Assembly (NCBI GenBank): GCA_001643675.2
Contig: LSRY02000019.1
Coordinates: forward strand, 682,001-746,000
Direction: 5' to 3'
DNA from: Monocercomonoides exilis PA203
Lineage: Eukaryota > Protista > Preaxostyla
DNA length: 64,000 nucleotides
Below, in pieces: positions 1 to 12,418 of this stretch. The notes beneath the pieces are model-generated. The model made no database searches and had not been told where the DNA came from. It saw only the letters and a program-made list of their open reading frames with translations. Both the position numbers and the translations under genes were made by a program. Every line of letters starts with the position of its first letter. Positions within the stretch are counted from its first letter, which is position 1.

Positions 1-188
1 TCAGAATAATTTTTCATAACGTTTACAAACAATTTTTACATTCTTAACATAAAAAAATTTCATGTCCCAGTACGATTATTTTATAATTTTTAAAATTTAA
101 TATTTAAACACAGAATGATTTCCTCACTCAGATATTTTGTACGAATGAATGTTAAACTATTATAAATTCTTTAATCATAAAATAAAGC

Positions 189-760
189 TTAATCTGATGA
201 AACAGTATAGTACATTTTTACCAATGAATAATGCTTGATTGTGCCTTTTGATAATTTTTCAATGTACCTTTTTCTATTATAATAGATGGAATGTGAAATG
301 TTTGAAATATTTTGATATAATGAAGTTATTACGAAATAACCCACAAATTTCGAGTTTTTCAATGGTTTTTTGAGTTTTTCTAATTCTTTTGAAAAAAAGT
401 CAATCTTATTGAGTATATACAAATAAAGTTTTATTATTTTTTTTTGTCTTGTTGCAATTTATTGTCATTCTCTTTTTTGTCAGTTTTATTTCATTGTTAT
501 CTGTATTCTGAGACAAAAACTGCAAAATTGATCTTCAATTTCACATAACAAATTTTTTTTCAATTACCTTGTCATTTCTTTCATTAAGCTGTGCATGAAA
601 AGAAATATACACGCTGAGCTTGTTTTACCTTTAGCATTTACATCCGATGTTCTGAAATAAGAAACTGCAAACTCGTTAATTGGAGATAATTCATCTTCTT
701 TTGATTTTACTTCATTTCAACTGTTCTTTTAATAAATATTTTATTTTTTAACATAATTAG
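189..760 (-). pseudogene. Decayed Mutator-like (MULE) transposase remnant
   Basis: Manual minus-strand translation gives 'LSPINEFAVSYFRTSDVNAKGKTSSACIFLFMHSLMKEMTR*', resembling the MULE 'P..i..DFE....NA....C.FH..Q.l'. Further on, 'SKFVGYFVITSLYQNISNISHSIYYNRKRYIEKL' resembles 'F..YF..tW....WN......TNN.iE.l'. Catalytic residues are mutated and stops are present. Confidence 0.45.
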
Positions 761-807
761 CATTCAAACATTATTCCTCTTTTGAAAAGACAATTTATTT
801 CATAATT

Positions 808-1055
808 ATATGGGTGATTCTTTTTGAAAAGTCACAAATGTTTAATTTTCAAATAAATCTAAAATTTCATATTTTGCTCAAATTTCTGTTAACTAATATC
901 AAACTACATTTATAAGGAATCTATTTCTGGATGATGCTATTTCAAACATTCTTGAGGATGTTTGTGAGCTGAAACAGAAATTTGAGCAAAATATGAAATT
1001 TTAGATTTATTTGAAAATTAAACATTTGTGACTTTTCAAAAAGAATCACCCATAT
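808..1055. mobile_element. Foldback/MITE-like element with perfect 83-bp inverted repeats
   Basis: 808-890 (atatgggtgattc...aatttctgtt) is the exact reverse complement of 973-1055, with an 82-bp spacer. If the termini are GGG...CCC (812-1051), the element is flanked by ATAT on both sides. Confidence 0.8.
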
Positions 1056-1389
1056 TCAGAAATATTTCTTTTATTTTTATGCAATAAATTTATCATTACA
1101 CATGCAAAGTGAATAAATTTTTATAATAAAAAAGGTATCAGCGAAAAATATCGTTCAAGATAAAAATGAATATCTGATGATTATTTCGAAATAGTGACAT
1201 GAAAGTTTCATTTTTCAAAAAAAAAGTCGTTCCATCAAAATACTTTCTTCTTTTTATTTTAAACGCATAAACAAAACTAATTTTCCATTCAGAGATATAG
1301 TAAAAAAATAAAAAGTTTAATAACAAAGTCAATTGTTATTTTGGGAGATGAACTCGTAACAATAAAACAAAGCCAAATAAGAAATGAAG

Positions 1390-3440
1390 TTATTGTTTTT
1401 TTCTTCTCTCCAAATTCGCTCGTGGCCTAAAAAAAAAAAAAAAACATCTCAAAATCGCACGTATACAGCGCACATCGACTCCGCTCCCTTCTGCTTCCTT
1501 GATCTCCACAGTGAATGTATCACATCTTTCAGCAGCTGTCTTTGCCAGAACCACTCCATCGCCACTTGTCAACTTCACATTCATCACCTTCACATTCGCA
1601 AGCACGCTATCTCCTGATGCTGTGGCTGTCAGATACAGTACAGATGACGACAATGACAACAATGGGCATAGGTGTAAATTGTACCACTTTCAGTTTACAT
1701 TTTTTCAAGATTTGAATAATATGGCGTTAATTTATCCAATTTAACTAAGCGATTAAAGGAGAGAAATTTCGAAATTCGACAAAAAATTTTCTCTCTGAAA
1801 TTCAAAAATTTCGACACCCATAATATTTTTATTTTGATCATATTTTATTGAAATTTCTTTTTCTTGCTTTGCAAAGATCAAATAAATTTGTCGATTCAAT
1901 GGAGCAAGATGAAATATAGCGTTTAATGTTTGTCATGGTGAATTTTCGTAAATATTATTTTTAATATAGCTTATTTTTATCGATTTGATAATTTAATTAT
2001 ACAATAGTATTAGCTAAATAATTAGTTTTCACTTTCAAGATAAAATAGATAACAACTTAAATGAAAGGAATTATCATGATTGATTTGAAAAATATTTGTA
2101 ATAATAAGATTTTTATATGTGATTAATAATTATTGATATATATTCTATTATTGGCGATGTATTCGTTGGAACTGGTATGAATTTCTGTTTATGAAAGGAT
2201 GAAGGAAAAGCTGGATTGGGCAGATGTATTTGTTGAGTGAGGTTAAGGAGCAGTTGGCATTTGGAAAGGTGAGAAAAGAGGATAGAGATGGAGAACATTG
2301 GGATGGTGTGGAGCTTGTTGCAACAAGAGAGGGAAGATGAAGGAAGGGGAGCATTTGAATGATATTATGCAATGATTTGGATGTTGCGGGATGTCTTCGA
2401 AAATTCACAAAAAAAGTCATGATTTTTTGTGGATAACCTTCAAATTCTATATTATATATTTTTTTATAATCCACATTGTTGTTTTCTTTTTCATTCCATC
2501 TTCTTTTTCGTTCGTTGCTGTTTGCGGTTTGTTATTGTTTGATCAAATTTTTATTTCTGTTTTTTACTAAGTTTTCACAAAAAGCTCAATTATAACAATT
2601 CATCCATGTTTTATTTGATCTTTGCAAAGCAAGAAAAAGAAATTTCAATAAAATATGATCAAAATAAAAATATTATGGGTGTCGAAATTTTTGAATTTCA
2701 GAGAGAAAATTTTTTGTCGAATTTCGAAATTTCTCTCCTTTAATCGCTTAGTTAAATTGGATAAATTAACGCAATATTATTCAAATCTTGAAAAAATGTA
2801 AACTGAAAGTGGTACAATTAACACCTATGCCCCCCTTCCAGCAGTGTGATTGCCAAACTAATTTATATCTCACACATCTCAAACGCCTTCTTCACTGTCA
2901 GACACGGATTTGATTCATTTGCCCCACAAAGCGGAGATGAATCATTCCCTTTCACTGACACATATATCGTCTTGTCCTTCAGCCAATCCTTTTTTGATGT
3001 TTGATCAAATGTCCAGGCACCTGCATTCTAGTAGTTGTAGGCATAGCACATTATCTTCTCATCTGCGTTCGTTGTGTAGCATTCTTTGAACGGATTCCCT
3101 GACTCTTAATAAAGACTGTAATGATCTGCATATGCAATGTCATGCCCGTTAGGAGTGGATGAAATCCTGCACTTGCATTCGTGGAAGAGTAAAAAATAAC
3201 AATAAATTCCATTGCCTGGCTTTTCTGCTTTTTCTGGCCTGAAGGACAATCCTCCTCCCTCTTGTTGTGCTGAACATGAAATAAACTGAATATTCCAAAT
3301 TTTTAATTGATTCTGAACATACGAACAACGCACGCCTCCCCCTCCGCAATTTGTGATTGAACATGAAATGAAAATGCAATCAAGCACACACGCACTCTCC
3401 CCTTCTCCATTTTCATCTCCAATGAATCAAGTTTCCTAAT
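1390..3440 (-). pseudogene. Disrupted member of a large beta-helix/pectin-lyase-like surface protein family, split by a TIR element
   Basis: Minus-strand fragments read 'FISCSITNCGGGGV...FISCSAQQEGGGL...FFHEC-like LLFHECKC...GHDIAY', then 'SGNPFKECYTTN...KKDWLKDKTIYVSVKGNDSSPLCGANESNPCLTVKKAFE' and 'DSVLANVKVMNVKLTSGDGVV'. In-frame TAA stops at 3106-3108 and 2863-2865; interrupted at 1664-2832. Confidence 0.65.
1664..2832. mobile_element. Non-autonomous DNA transposon with 223-bp terminal inverted repeats (Mutator-like architecture)
   Basis: 1664-1886 (gggcataggtgt...gatcaaataaa) is the reverse complement of 2610-2832, with only 2 mismatches found on manual comparison. The ~720-bp interior has no intact transposase, and no target-site duplication is visible. 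Confidence 0.85.
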
Positions 3441-4433
3441 CTGAAAATAAATAAAATAATTTTTTTTAAAAAAATGATAGATAACCAAATTATCACACAT
3501 TGCATTCAGATCAATGCATTAACCCACATAACTCTTTGTTTTTTCAAAAAGTTCATCTCGCCACAGTTTTAAATAATGCGGCAATTGATAGTTAACATGC
3601 AATCCATTCTAATTGTTAAGAAAAAACCAAGCGCAGTTTATTTTTCATGAAACCTTATGACAGATTTGTTTCACTAACAACTATTGTTATAAATAATTGC
3701 ACTGATCCTTATGAATTGAAAAATTGAACTGTTGATTTCATTGGATCATTTCGTAGATTTAATGGGTGAAAAAAAACAAAAAATCTGTATTTTTCGAGGA
3801 ATTTCACAGTTTTCTGTTCGATTTTTGCTTTGGATCATAACAAACAGTCGTTTATTCATCATTACATTTATTAAATATACTCCAATGAAGCAATTCGAAT
3901 TAAATTTTTATTCAGATTTTTTCAAACGATTTGACAATTTCACCCATTGCTTTCACAAATATGGCGCTTAATCATAACAAAAACATTGAAATTTAAATAT
4001 CTGAAAATTATCGTTTTGAAGAATTGTCACATTTGAAAAAATCATTGTGGTTTCGAAAACTCAATATAAGTCAGTCTAACTGAAAATAACTTGGTTATGT
4101 TGAAATAAGTAAATTAATTCAAAATAACCCAAACAAATCTTAAAATAAATTTGTTATTTTGAAATATTTTTTTATTTCACAATTCATCTTATGTCAGTTA
4201 TTGATATTCAGATTTATATCTGCAACATGATAAAACGCAGTTAAAATGCAAAAAGAAAAAGTATTCGACAAAGAATAAAAAAACAAACGTCCTCTTCAAT
4301 AAAAAAAATCAACACACATAAATATTATGCTGTTTTTAATTATTGATCAATGATTCCCAATACAAAAATTAAGTTAAAATGGTCAGGAAACTTTGATTTT
4401 TTGATGTATGGTTTGATATTTTGCTTCTAAAAA

Positions 4434-7400
4434 ATGATAAACAAAGAACATAAGCGACAGGCACAAAAACAGCAAAGTGACGCATCGAAAAATCGTGTTC
4501 CGACAAATCGCAAAGGTTTTGATAATATTATTATTGTCTAACTAGTGAGATATTTTGTATATTTTCCTGCAGATCCTAAAAAAATAGATAGAGCAACTAT
4601 CAACGCAATTGCTGCTGTAGTACATCAGGTTATGGTGGAAAATGCAATAAATTTTGGTATTCAAAAGAAGAGACCCCCACCACTTTCTTCTGATTGCAGA
4701 ATATTTAATGAACCATTGGTGCAAACTACTTTAAACCCCAATGCCGTTCCATCAGAATCGGAAATAGTTTGAAAAGATTTCGTTTTTCATCATTAAATTA
4801 TTCTTTTTTGTAAATGTGAAGTCAAATTTTTTATATGTTCTTATGTACAGAATGAGGTTACCAAATGAATCAATCGTTGCAATGCTAGTATATATGGATC
4901 GTTTCATTGAAACTTCAGGGCTTGTATTGAGTCCAACAAACTGGAAAAGAGTTTGCTTTTTGTCGCTTGTCGTTACTCAAAAGGTCTGGGATGATTACAG
5001 CTACATAAATGATGACTACAGAACTTTGCTTCCAAAAACGGACCTGGAAGAAATGAATGAGATGGAAAGAGTATTTTTGGGCTCACTTCAGTTTAACGTA
5101 TCCGTGTCTTACGATATTTATACAAAATATGTTTATCATCTCAAGTCACTGTATGGGAGCGGATTAAGTTTAGCAGCTGCGATGCCGTGCTCGCCAATGA
5201 ACTCACCAAAAACTTCATTAATGGGATCTCCATTATGTGAAGACTGTCGAGGAGTGTCGATGAGAAAAAAGTTAACACCAAAAACAACTCCAGTATCTTC
5301 TCCAAAAAACGTGACAAAATCATCTTCATCAAAACCTTCACTTCTCACTTCTTCTCCTACTGTTGCTGCATCAAAATCTCCATCTCCCCAATCATCTAAA
5401 GAAAATTCTCCTCTTGATTCACTTTTGTACGAAGGAAATTCCGAGAAATCATCTCCAAATAATAATATTTATCAAGTACAAAAAAACAAAAATTATATAT
5501 CGCCATCAAAATTGCGCTGTTCTTCTTCAACTACTTCGGAAAATGATGACGCTGCAGATGCTAACAGAATAACAAGACGTGAAAACGAGAAGAAGTGTGA
5601 AGAAACACCTGAGAATCTATTTGAAGAAAGAATGGTTATCACATTAGTTCCCTGCTCTATTTCATTGCCAAGGACACCAGTTAGGCCAAAGAACGCACTC
5701 GTTAACGAGAAGCAACAACAGTTCATCCAAAATCCGAAAAATGGAAATATCGAGAAAACAAAGAACTTAGCTTCGATTTTGTGGTGTGATGATGGAGTTA
5801 AGGAGAAAGCGCCGGAACAAAAGATAAACTGCCAACAAGAAAAAGACAAGAGCATACCATCGCCTGTGAGCGATACGACACAGTCAAAGCAGGAGAGCAA
5901 GCATTTGCAGCAAGCAGGCGCCAAAAACGCAAAAACAGAGTTTTCCGCACCGAAAGGAAACCGTCCAGTGTCGATGGTGCTGCTTCCCTCAAGACACTCC
6001 ATGGCTGTCCCAACAGCGCAGCTGCCAGACACCAAAAGGCAAAAAGGGCGCCTGCTCAACCGCCTTTCTGTGAAGATCGAAGACCCCGAGACGCAACGAA
6101 AGATTGCTGAGATTGCTTCGAAGAAGCAGAACACTGAGGCGCTCAGGCAGAAGAAGCATTCGTCACTGCCTGTGCCTACTGTGCCAACTGTGCCGACCGT
6201 GAGAGGAAGTGCTGAAGTGAAAGACGAAGGCGAGCAGGCGAGGAACCTCCGCCTGGGGCGCGGAATCGGCTGCAACGAGGAATCGTTCCGAATTGCAGAC
6301 AAGTTCAAAATCAGAGCAACCGCAGAGCCATCGAAGCCTGCTCAAAAATCTTCATTGCCTTCTTCTTCTTCTTCCGCATCATCGTCTGCTACTTTTCCTA
6401 ATCCTCTGGCAGGTGCAAAAGTGACTGTGCAGTTTTGCGGAAAGCCGCCTCTGCCGCCTGCGAAAGAGAAGGAAACAGAACAGCTGAGTGAGCAAGAGCC
6501 GGAAATAACATCACCTGCTGATGCTTCACTGAAAGAGTCTTCTCTTGTTTCTTCAGATCATCCTGCACCACAAGAAAGAACGTCATGTTCTTTGTCTTTA
6601 TCATCATCAATATCTTCTTCTTCTGCTCCTTCCTCTTCTAATCTGACCACTTCACATCCGCAAATCTCTGAGCTGAGAGACTCGATGATCCACTTAATTG
6701 CCTCTGCGCCTTTTGATTCAGCAGAACTTGCTATGACACACAGCGAGGGGCAGCCCTGTGATTCTTGTGAAGATACAAAAGAAGAGAAAAAGAGCAGAAA
6801 CGAGAAAACCGCTGGTGAAGCCATTGGAAATGAAAGGGAGGCAATGAAAGTGTTCGATAAGCACAGAGAAGAGGATTCTGAAGAGAAGCTTGCACAAGTC
6901 AATGAGATGGAGAAGGATGACAATGAAGAGAAGGAAACTGATGAAGAAGATGCTGAAGAACTTCAGCGGCAGAAGGCTTTGAAAGAGATTGAGGAGATTA
7001 TTGAAATGAAACTGAAAAGGCTTCAGATTGGGCGATCGAGCCAAGACACCTTAAGGCCATCTGGCACAATAAAGAACAAAAGAAATATTCCTCCTGCTGC
7101 TACAAACTCGAACTGTTCAACTGCTAAGATACCGTCATCTTCTTCTACTTCCTCTTCCTCTTCCTCTTCCTCTTCCTCTTCCTCTTCCTCTTCCTCTTCC
7201 TCTTCCTCTTCCTCTTCCTCTTCCTCTTCCTCTTCCTCTTCTTCCTCCTCTTCCTCCTCTTCCTCCTCTTCCTCCTCTGCTATTTCTTCCACAACAGCAC
7301 CTTCTTCATCTAAAGATCCTCTCGCATCGATGCCGCCTCGCCCGACGCCTTCTTTGTATGTAAATGCATCGCTCCGATCCAAAACGACGTCTGCTGCTGT

Positions 7401-7458
7401 TACTTTGCATCATCGTGCATTCAGCGAATCAACTGCAGACATTGTGAAGAAGATGTAG
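4434..7458 (+). CDS. Cyclin Y / PHO80-like cyclin with long disordered C-terminal tail
   Basis: Spliced model 4434-4515, 4573-4766, 4822-7458 gives 'PSESEISNFLYVLMYRMRLPNESIVAMLVYMDRFIETSGLVLSPTNWKRVCFLSLVVTQKVWDD...NEMERVFLGSLQFNVSV...YTKY', a cyclin-Y type cyclin box. The start codon is inferred. Confidence 0.85.
7136..7278 (+). repeat. (TCTTCC)n coding microsatellite encoding poly-Ser
   Basis: Direct inspection; it also produces the antisense poly-Glu ORF 7023-7382. Confidence 0.9.
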
Positions 7459-8806
7459 AGAGTTGTGGCTGTAATTGTGATTGTACTTAGAATTTTATAA
7501 TTTGAATTAAAAAAAAAGAAATAAAGTTACACTTTTTTTCAGATTTTAATTTGATTTTACGATGATTATTATTATTTCATAATTATTTGATTGGAAATTT
7601 TGTCGGATTTTCTTTCTTTTTGAGTGGATTTCAATGTGAATAGATTTAAAATATGTTGGAGAATGACTGATTGACTGATAGAAAAATGGATGGGATAAGT
7701 TTTATTTTGTTGATGGTTGCATTGCAAGAAAAGCAAGCAACCAAAAACGATGAAGAATTTTCTTTATATATTTGTCTTTATAATTATTATTGAGAAAGTT
7801 TTTATGTTGTTTTGAATTGAATTGAATTAACTTGAAATTAGTTTTCTTTCATTTTAAAATTGTTACAAGGGAGTTGGGGAAATGTTCTATTCACATTTTA
7901 ATTATATATTTTTTTATAGAATTGTCCTTCTGATCGCTCTGTTAGACGGCAGTTGATCATGGCATTTATTTCGTTTTCGTTTTACCAATTTTTACAATCA
8001 TTTTTCTTTTCTTTTCTTTTCTTTTTGCACTTTGTTCCACAATACTCTTGCTGCTTTAAATTATGCTTGCAATGCTTCTTTTTGTTTCAGGCACTTCACT
8101 TAAATCTATGTGAAACACATCCAAAAAGAGAGAAAGTTTTTGAAAGAGAGATGTATTCGTCCTTTCCCCGAAGGTTTATTATAATTCAGAAATTTTTGTG
8201 TTTCATTCGTTGGTATCATCAGAATAAAAAATAAGAAAAGAAAGAAAAAAGAAAAAGAAAAATCACCTCTGATTATTTTTTTTTTTTAAAAAAAAAGAAA
8301 AACACTGATATGTGAATCAAATATTTTATCTAGAATAGATGAATTTAACATTTTCAATTTCAAGTTCATTTGAAATGAAATGAAATCTTTTTGAACATTT
8401 TTATAATACAATGCCATTCACCTTAAGAGATAAGATTATATTCATTTTTTTGATATGCTTTGTCAAGACTAGAATATTTAAAATAAATACAATTTGTAAA
8501 TGAAATTATTGTGCTCTTGCGAATTGAATAAACATCATTTTTTCCCCAATATTTTTCTATTTTAAATATATTAATGTTTGAATTGTTGATTTCAATATAC
8601 TTTCTGAAATAACTAATTCCCAATAGCAATTTTTTGAGTTGATCAAAATTTTACATTGAATTTCTGAAAAAAGAAAAAGCGCAAATGACGGTATGATACT
8701 CATTATTATAAATAAGCATTACTCATTTTTTGATTTATTCGTCTTCTGATGCTATTTTGGCATTTTTAAACGTTCAAATTTGAAAATGTACATTTTCTTC
8801 ACTGAC

Positions 8807-10228
8807 ATGATGAATTCAAATAACGATAGGTACCAACAGCAAAATTGTTTTTTGGTGTGATTGAGTTCTATGGTATTTAAGTATAATTAATGTATATTTC
8901 TTTTTTTATTTAATAAAGAATATTTTAATCAACTTAAGGATGGTACTGAAAGTTCTCAAAAACAAAATATCGAAAAAATGAACAAACTGATAAATAAAAT
9001 GAATGAAAAGGAATTTAAATATGTTTATACACATTTGCTGCTCGATAAAATTTTAACGATGATAGAAGACGAAAAGTTGTCATTAGAAAATGCAATTCTG
9101 TTAATGAAGCATATTTGCTATACAAAGAGTTTTGTAAATGATTATTTTCCAGAATATTTGTTTTTTGTGCAAAATGAAAGATTTGAGAAGATTGTTTTTG
9201 ATGAAGAGAGGAGGCAAGGACGAAAGAATAAGGAGTTACAATTTGGTCTTCGCGTTTGTTGTTTAATAACATTTGATTTTACCAGCAGTATCTCAGAAGA
9301 TTTGGCTACGTTGTGCATTCCTTGTCTTCTGAAAGTTTCACTGGAGAAAAAGAAAACCAACAAAGCTAAAAAAGATATTGAAATGGCTTTGCTAGCCATT
9401 AGGAACGTCCTATTTGAAGAAGTTTGTCATTGTTGCGTTAATTGAAATTGCATTAATATTCAATTTTTTAATATTTCTTTGAAGTGTATGCAAAAGTTTC
9501 AACTTGATAAGCACTTGAAACTTATCATAAAAAATCATCAGCAATGCAACAATCTAACACATTATGCATATCAATTAGCATGGAATTGCTTCTTGAAACG
9601 ATTAAGAGACAAAAGAAAAATCGAAGCTGAAATCGCAAATGATTTGCATTTTGTGGAAGAAATGACAAGAGAATTAGGCGAACTTCTTCAATGCGTAGAT
9701 TGGAGAGAAAAAGATATGAAATTATATGAAATGAAAGAAGTGTCTATTATTTTGAATTGGATAAATTCTTATGAATCATTGTTTGATTGGAAATTGCCAG
9801 AAGAAGAAGTTACAGTTGGATTGGTTGAACGTTTCTTCGAACTGTATAGAGAGGCAAAGGATAATCACAGGAAAATTGCAATTGCATGTGTAGAAATTTT
9901 GCAAAAAATGATTGACAAAGAAACAGTTAACATTGGCGTTATGATGAGACTTAGAATTGAAGACATTATTATAGGAGAAATCAGACAACATATATTGGAT
10001 GATATGCATACTGTAAATTGCGCAAAAATGAATCTGACTGTTTCTGAAAGATTGAAAGTCAATTTCAAAAAGAAGAACGCGAACACATTTCTGAAGATGT
10101 TGTACACAAAATATATTGAGAAACTGGAAGAAGAAGGATATGAAGATGCCATCATCAGTTTACAAGGAATGCTTCACCAGAAGAAATTTCGTAATTTATC
10201 AAAAAATCCTTGTGATTATTTTGTCTGA
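8807..10228 (+). CDS. Member of a lineage-expanded helical (ARM-like) hypothetical protein family
   Basis: ORFs 8978-9445 and 9479-10228 are joined by a short intron. Family signatures are 'KLSLENAILLMKH', 'LCIPCLLKVS', 'IEMALLA', 'HQQCNNLTHYAYQLAW', 'LHFVEE' and 'EKLEEEGYED', which I recognise from a highly expanded oxymonad family. The 5' end is uncertain. Confidence 0.7.
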
Positions 10229-10939
10229 TGAGCATGTTAAGTTAATTGCTGTGAATGTTTTTGCTGGAATTCTGATTAAATGTTGCAATATCAATTATTT
10301 TGTTTTATTCGCTCGTCTAATTTAAAATTAGTTTGTTTATTTTCTTTGAATGTTAAAATGTTATTCACAATTTTTGTTTTCTTATTTATGTGTTTGTTTC
10401 TGATTCTGATTTTCGGATGTATTTTCTTGTTATATTTGGCAAAAGGGTACTTTTGGATTTACCCCCTTTTTTTAATTCATCATGTTTTTGAATTACAAGC
10501 AGAAGATTGAGTTATTTTAATAATAAAAATGCAATTAACTTATTAAAGCCTATTCAAAATATTAAAAATAATCTCATCAAAATTTTTCATCAAATAAATT
10601 GAAAATCATAATTGCTTTTGATCACTGTTTTAATTTGCAATTCCTGATTTATTCATTTATATTATTTAGTTTTGTTTTATTCTTAAATGATTTTAATAAA
10701 TAATATTTTGTTTCAATTTTTGAAGGCAAATTTACTCCCTCACAATTTTTTTTAAATTTTTTCAATCATTTCTATTTTCGTCTCGAATTAAATTTCTCAT
10801 CTAATAAATGTGTTTATCAAGTAATTTCACAAAAAAACATAAGGATCAATTTTTTGTTCGCTTTTTAATATAAATATGGTTATTCATTAATAAAATATTT
10901 GTATTTTCTCCTTTAATTGAGGTTATACATCTATAGTTT

Positions 10940-11838
10940 ATGTCAGTTTCTTTGCTAAATTATGATACTGTTCTCTTTGATTTTGATGGAACAATATGTT
11001 GTACATTTGGTTTGGAATCATCACAAAACTTAAAATGCGACTTGAACGCTTCATAATTCCAGATTTAATCATTGAATCACGAAAAAAATTGCTTCATGAA
11101 TATGGAATTGAAAAATCAATCAACGAGCTTCATGTATTGATGAAGATATATTTTTGAAATATTGAATCATATTTTTTTAAAATAAAAAATTTTCTTAAAC
11201 AAAAGGAAGGCTACAAATCTCTTGGAATGTATGAAGAACTTTGTAACAACTTTGGAAGAAAACTCGACGAAACTGAGTTCTCCAGAATTAAGCAGAGGTA
11301 CATTGAAATCCAGAAAGAATTGGAAGAAAAATATATCTATTGCTTTCCAGGGGTAAGCAACTCGTTGAAACATCTAAAAGATATGCACGTCACATTGGCA
11401 GTACTTACTAACAGACCTCGAGCATCACTTGATGAGCTTCTTTCTTTCCTTGGAATTAAAGATTTTTTTGATGTGTGATATTTCATTATGCAGTCAATTT
11501 AACAAATTTCAAGAAAACATTTACCCCAACAGAATTTATTGAACCTAAGCCATCACCATTGGCAATGAAATTTTCATTGGAACAATTAGAAATTGAAAGC
11601 GAATCAAACAAAAAACGTGTTCTTTATGTTGGAGATGATCTACCAGATTGTATTTGTGGAAAAGAGTTTGAAAAAAAAAATCATTGTTTATTCATTGATT
11701 TATTTATTTTACAGAGCTGGGATTGCAACAGTTCTTGTTCCGCATGCACGAAAATTTGAAGAACTGCGTTCTCATTTTACATACGCTTTATCAGATATGT
11801 CTGAATTGATTTCTTTATGCTCTTCAGGAAAAACGTAA
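10940..11838 (+). CDS. HAD-superfamily hydrolase (phosphoglycolate phosphatase-like)
   Basis: Motif I 'VLFDFDGTI', motif II 'AVLTN', 'KPSP', motif IV 'YVGDDLPD...AGI'. GT-AG introns at 11010-11062, 11134-11205, 11473-11513 and 11666-11714. Confidence 0.9.
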
Positions 11839-12418
11839 CATATAAAAGTTCAATTTATTTTTTTAACTGCAATATACATTCTGCGTTTTATTGTTATAGA
11901 AAACCCATTAATCAATAAAATTTCTTTTTAATAAATGAAGAAAACAATATTTCACAATTTAATCCAATAAAAGTTATAATTGCATGCGCATTGCAACGTA
12001 ATATTTTTTTATCTTTTCAGACATTAAATTTAGCATTATTCTCGAAAACATAACTACATTAGAAAATTTTCAAATTGAATTTCAAATTCAAAAATTACTT
12101 TATCAGTGAACAATTTCTGGTTCTATATATATATATATATAAACCAATTTTCCAATTAACTATTCGAAACAAATTAATTACGTTAATCCCAAATGAACGC
12201 ACATGTTGCATAAAAACAATTTTTTTGATCGATATAGTGAAAAGATAGAAGAGCAATTCACTGAATAACGAAAAAGACACTTATCAAAAGGGTTTTTTTT
12301 TTCAATATATATAAATATATTTCAAATAAAAAAACTTCACAAAAACCCCATAAAGAAAATTTTCAACTCTCACAATATCGATCAATAAATAATATTTTAA
12401 ATATAAGATTAAATTTCC

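Noticed and set aside
2863-3108. In-frame TAA codons suggesting the TAA/TAG=Gln code known from some oxymonads
   Set aside because: Multi-kb ORFs here have no in-frame TAR and several genes end in TAA/TAG. The stops lie in a transposon-disrupted pseudogene.
4767-4776. Apparent 10-nt micro-intron (gtttgaaaag) in the cyclin gene
   Set aside because: A normal 55-nt intron (4767-4821) restores the frame and the cyclin-Y motif.
7023-7382. Antisense poly-Glu/poly-Lys/poly-Leu ORFs (also 14716-14985, 17596-17916, 21438-22036, 30159-31320, 62272-62990)
   Set aside because: Shadow frames of coding microsatellites.
7920-8780. Coding-like minus-strand fragments with stops
   Set aside because: Possibly a decayed gene or element, but no recognisable motif supports a call.
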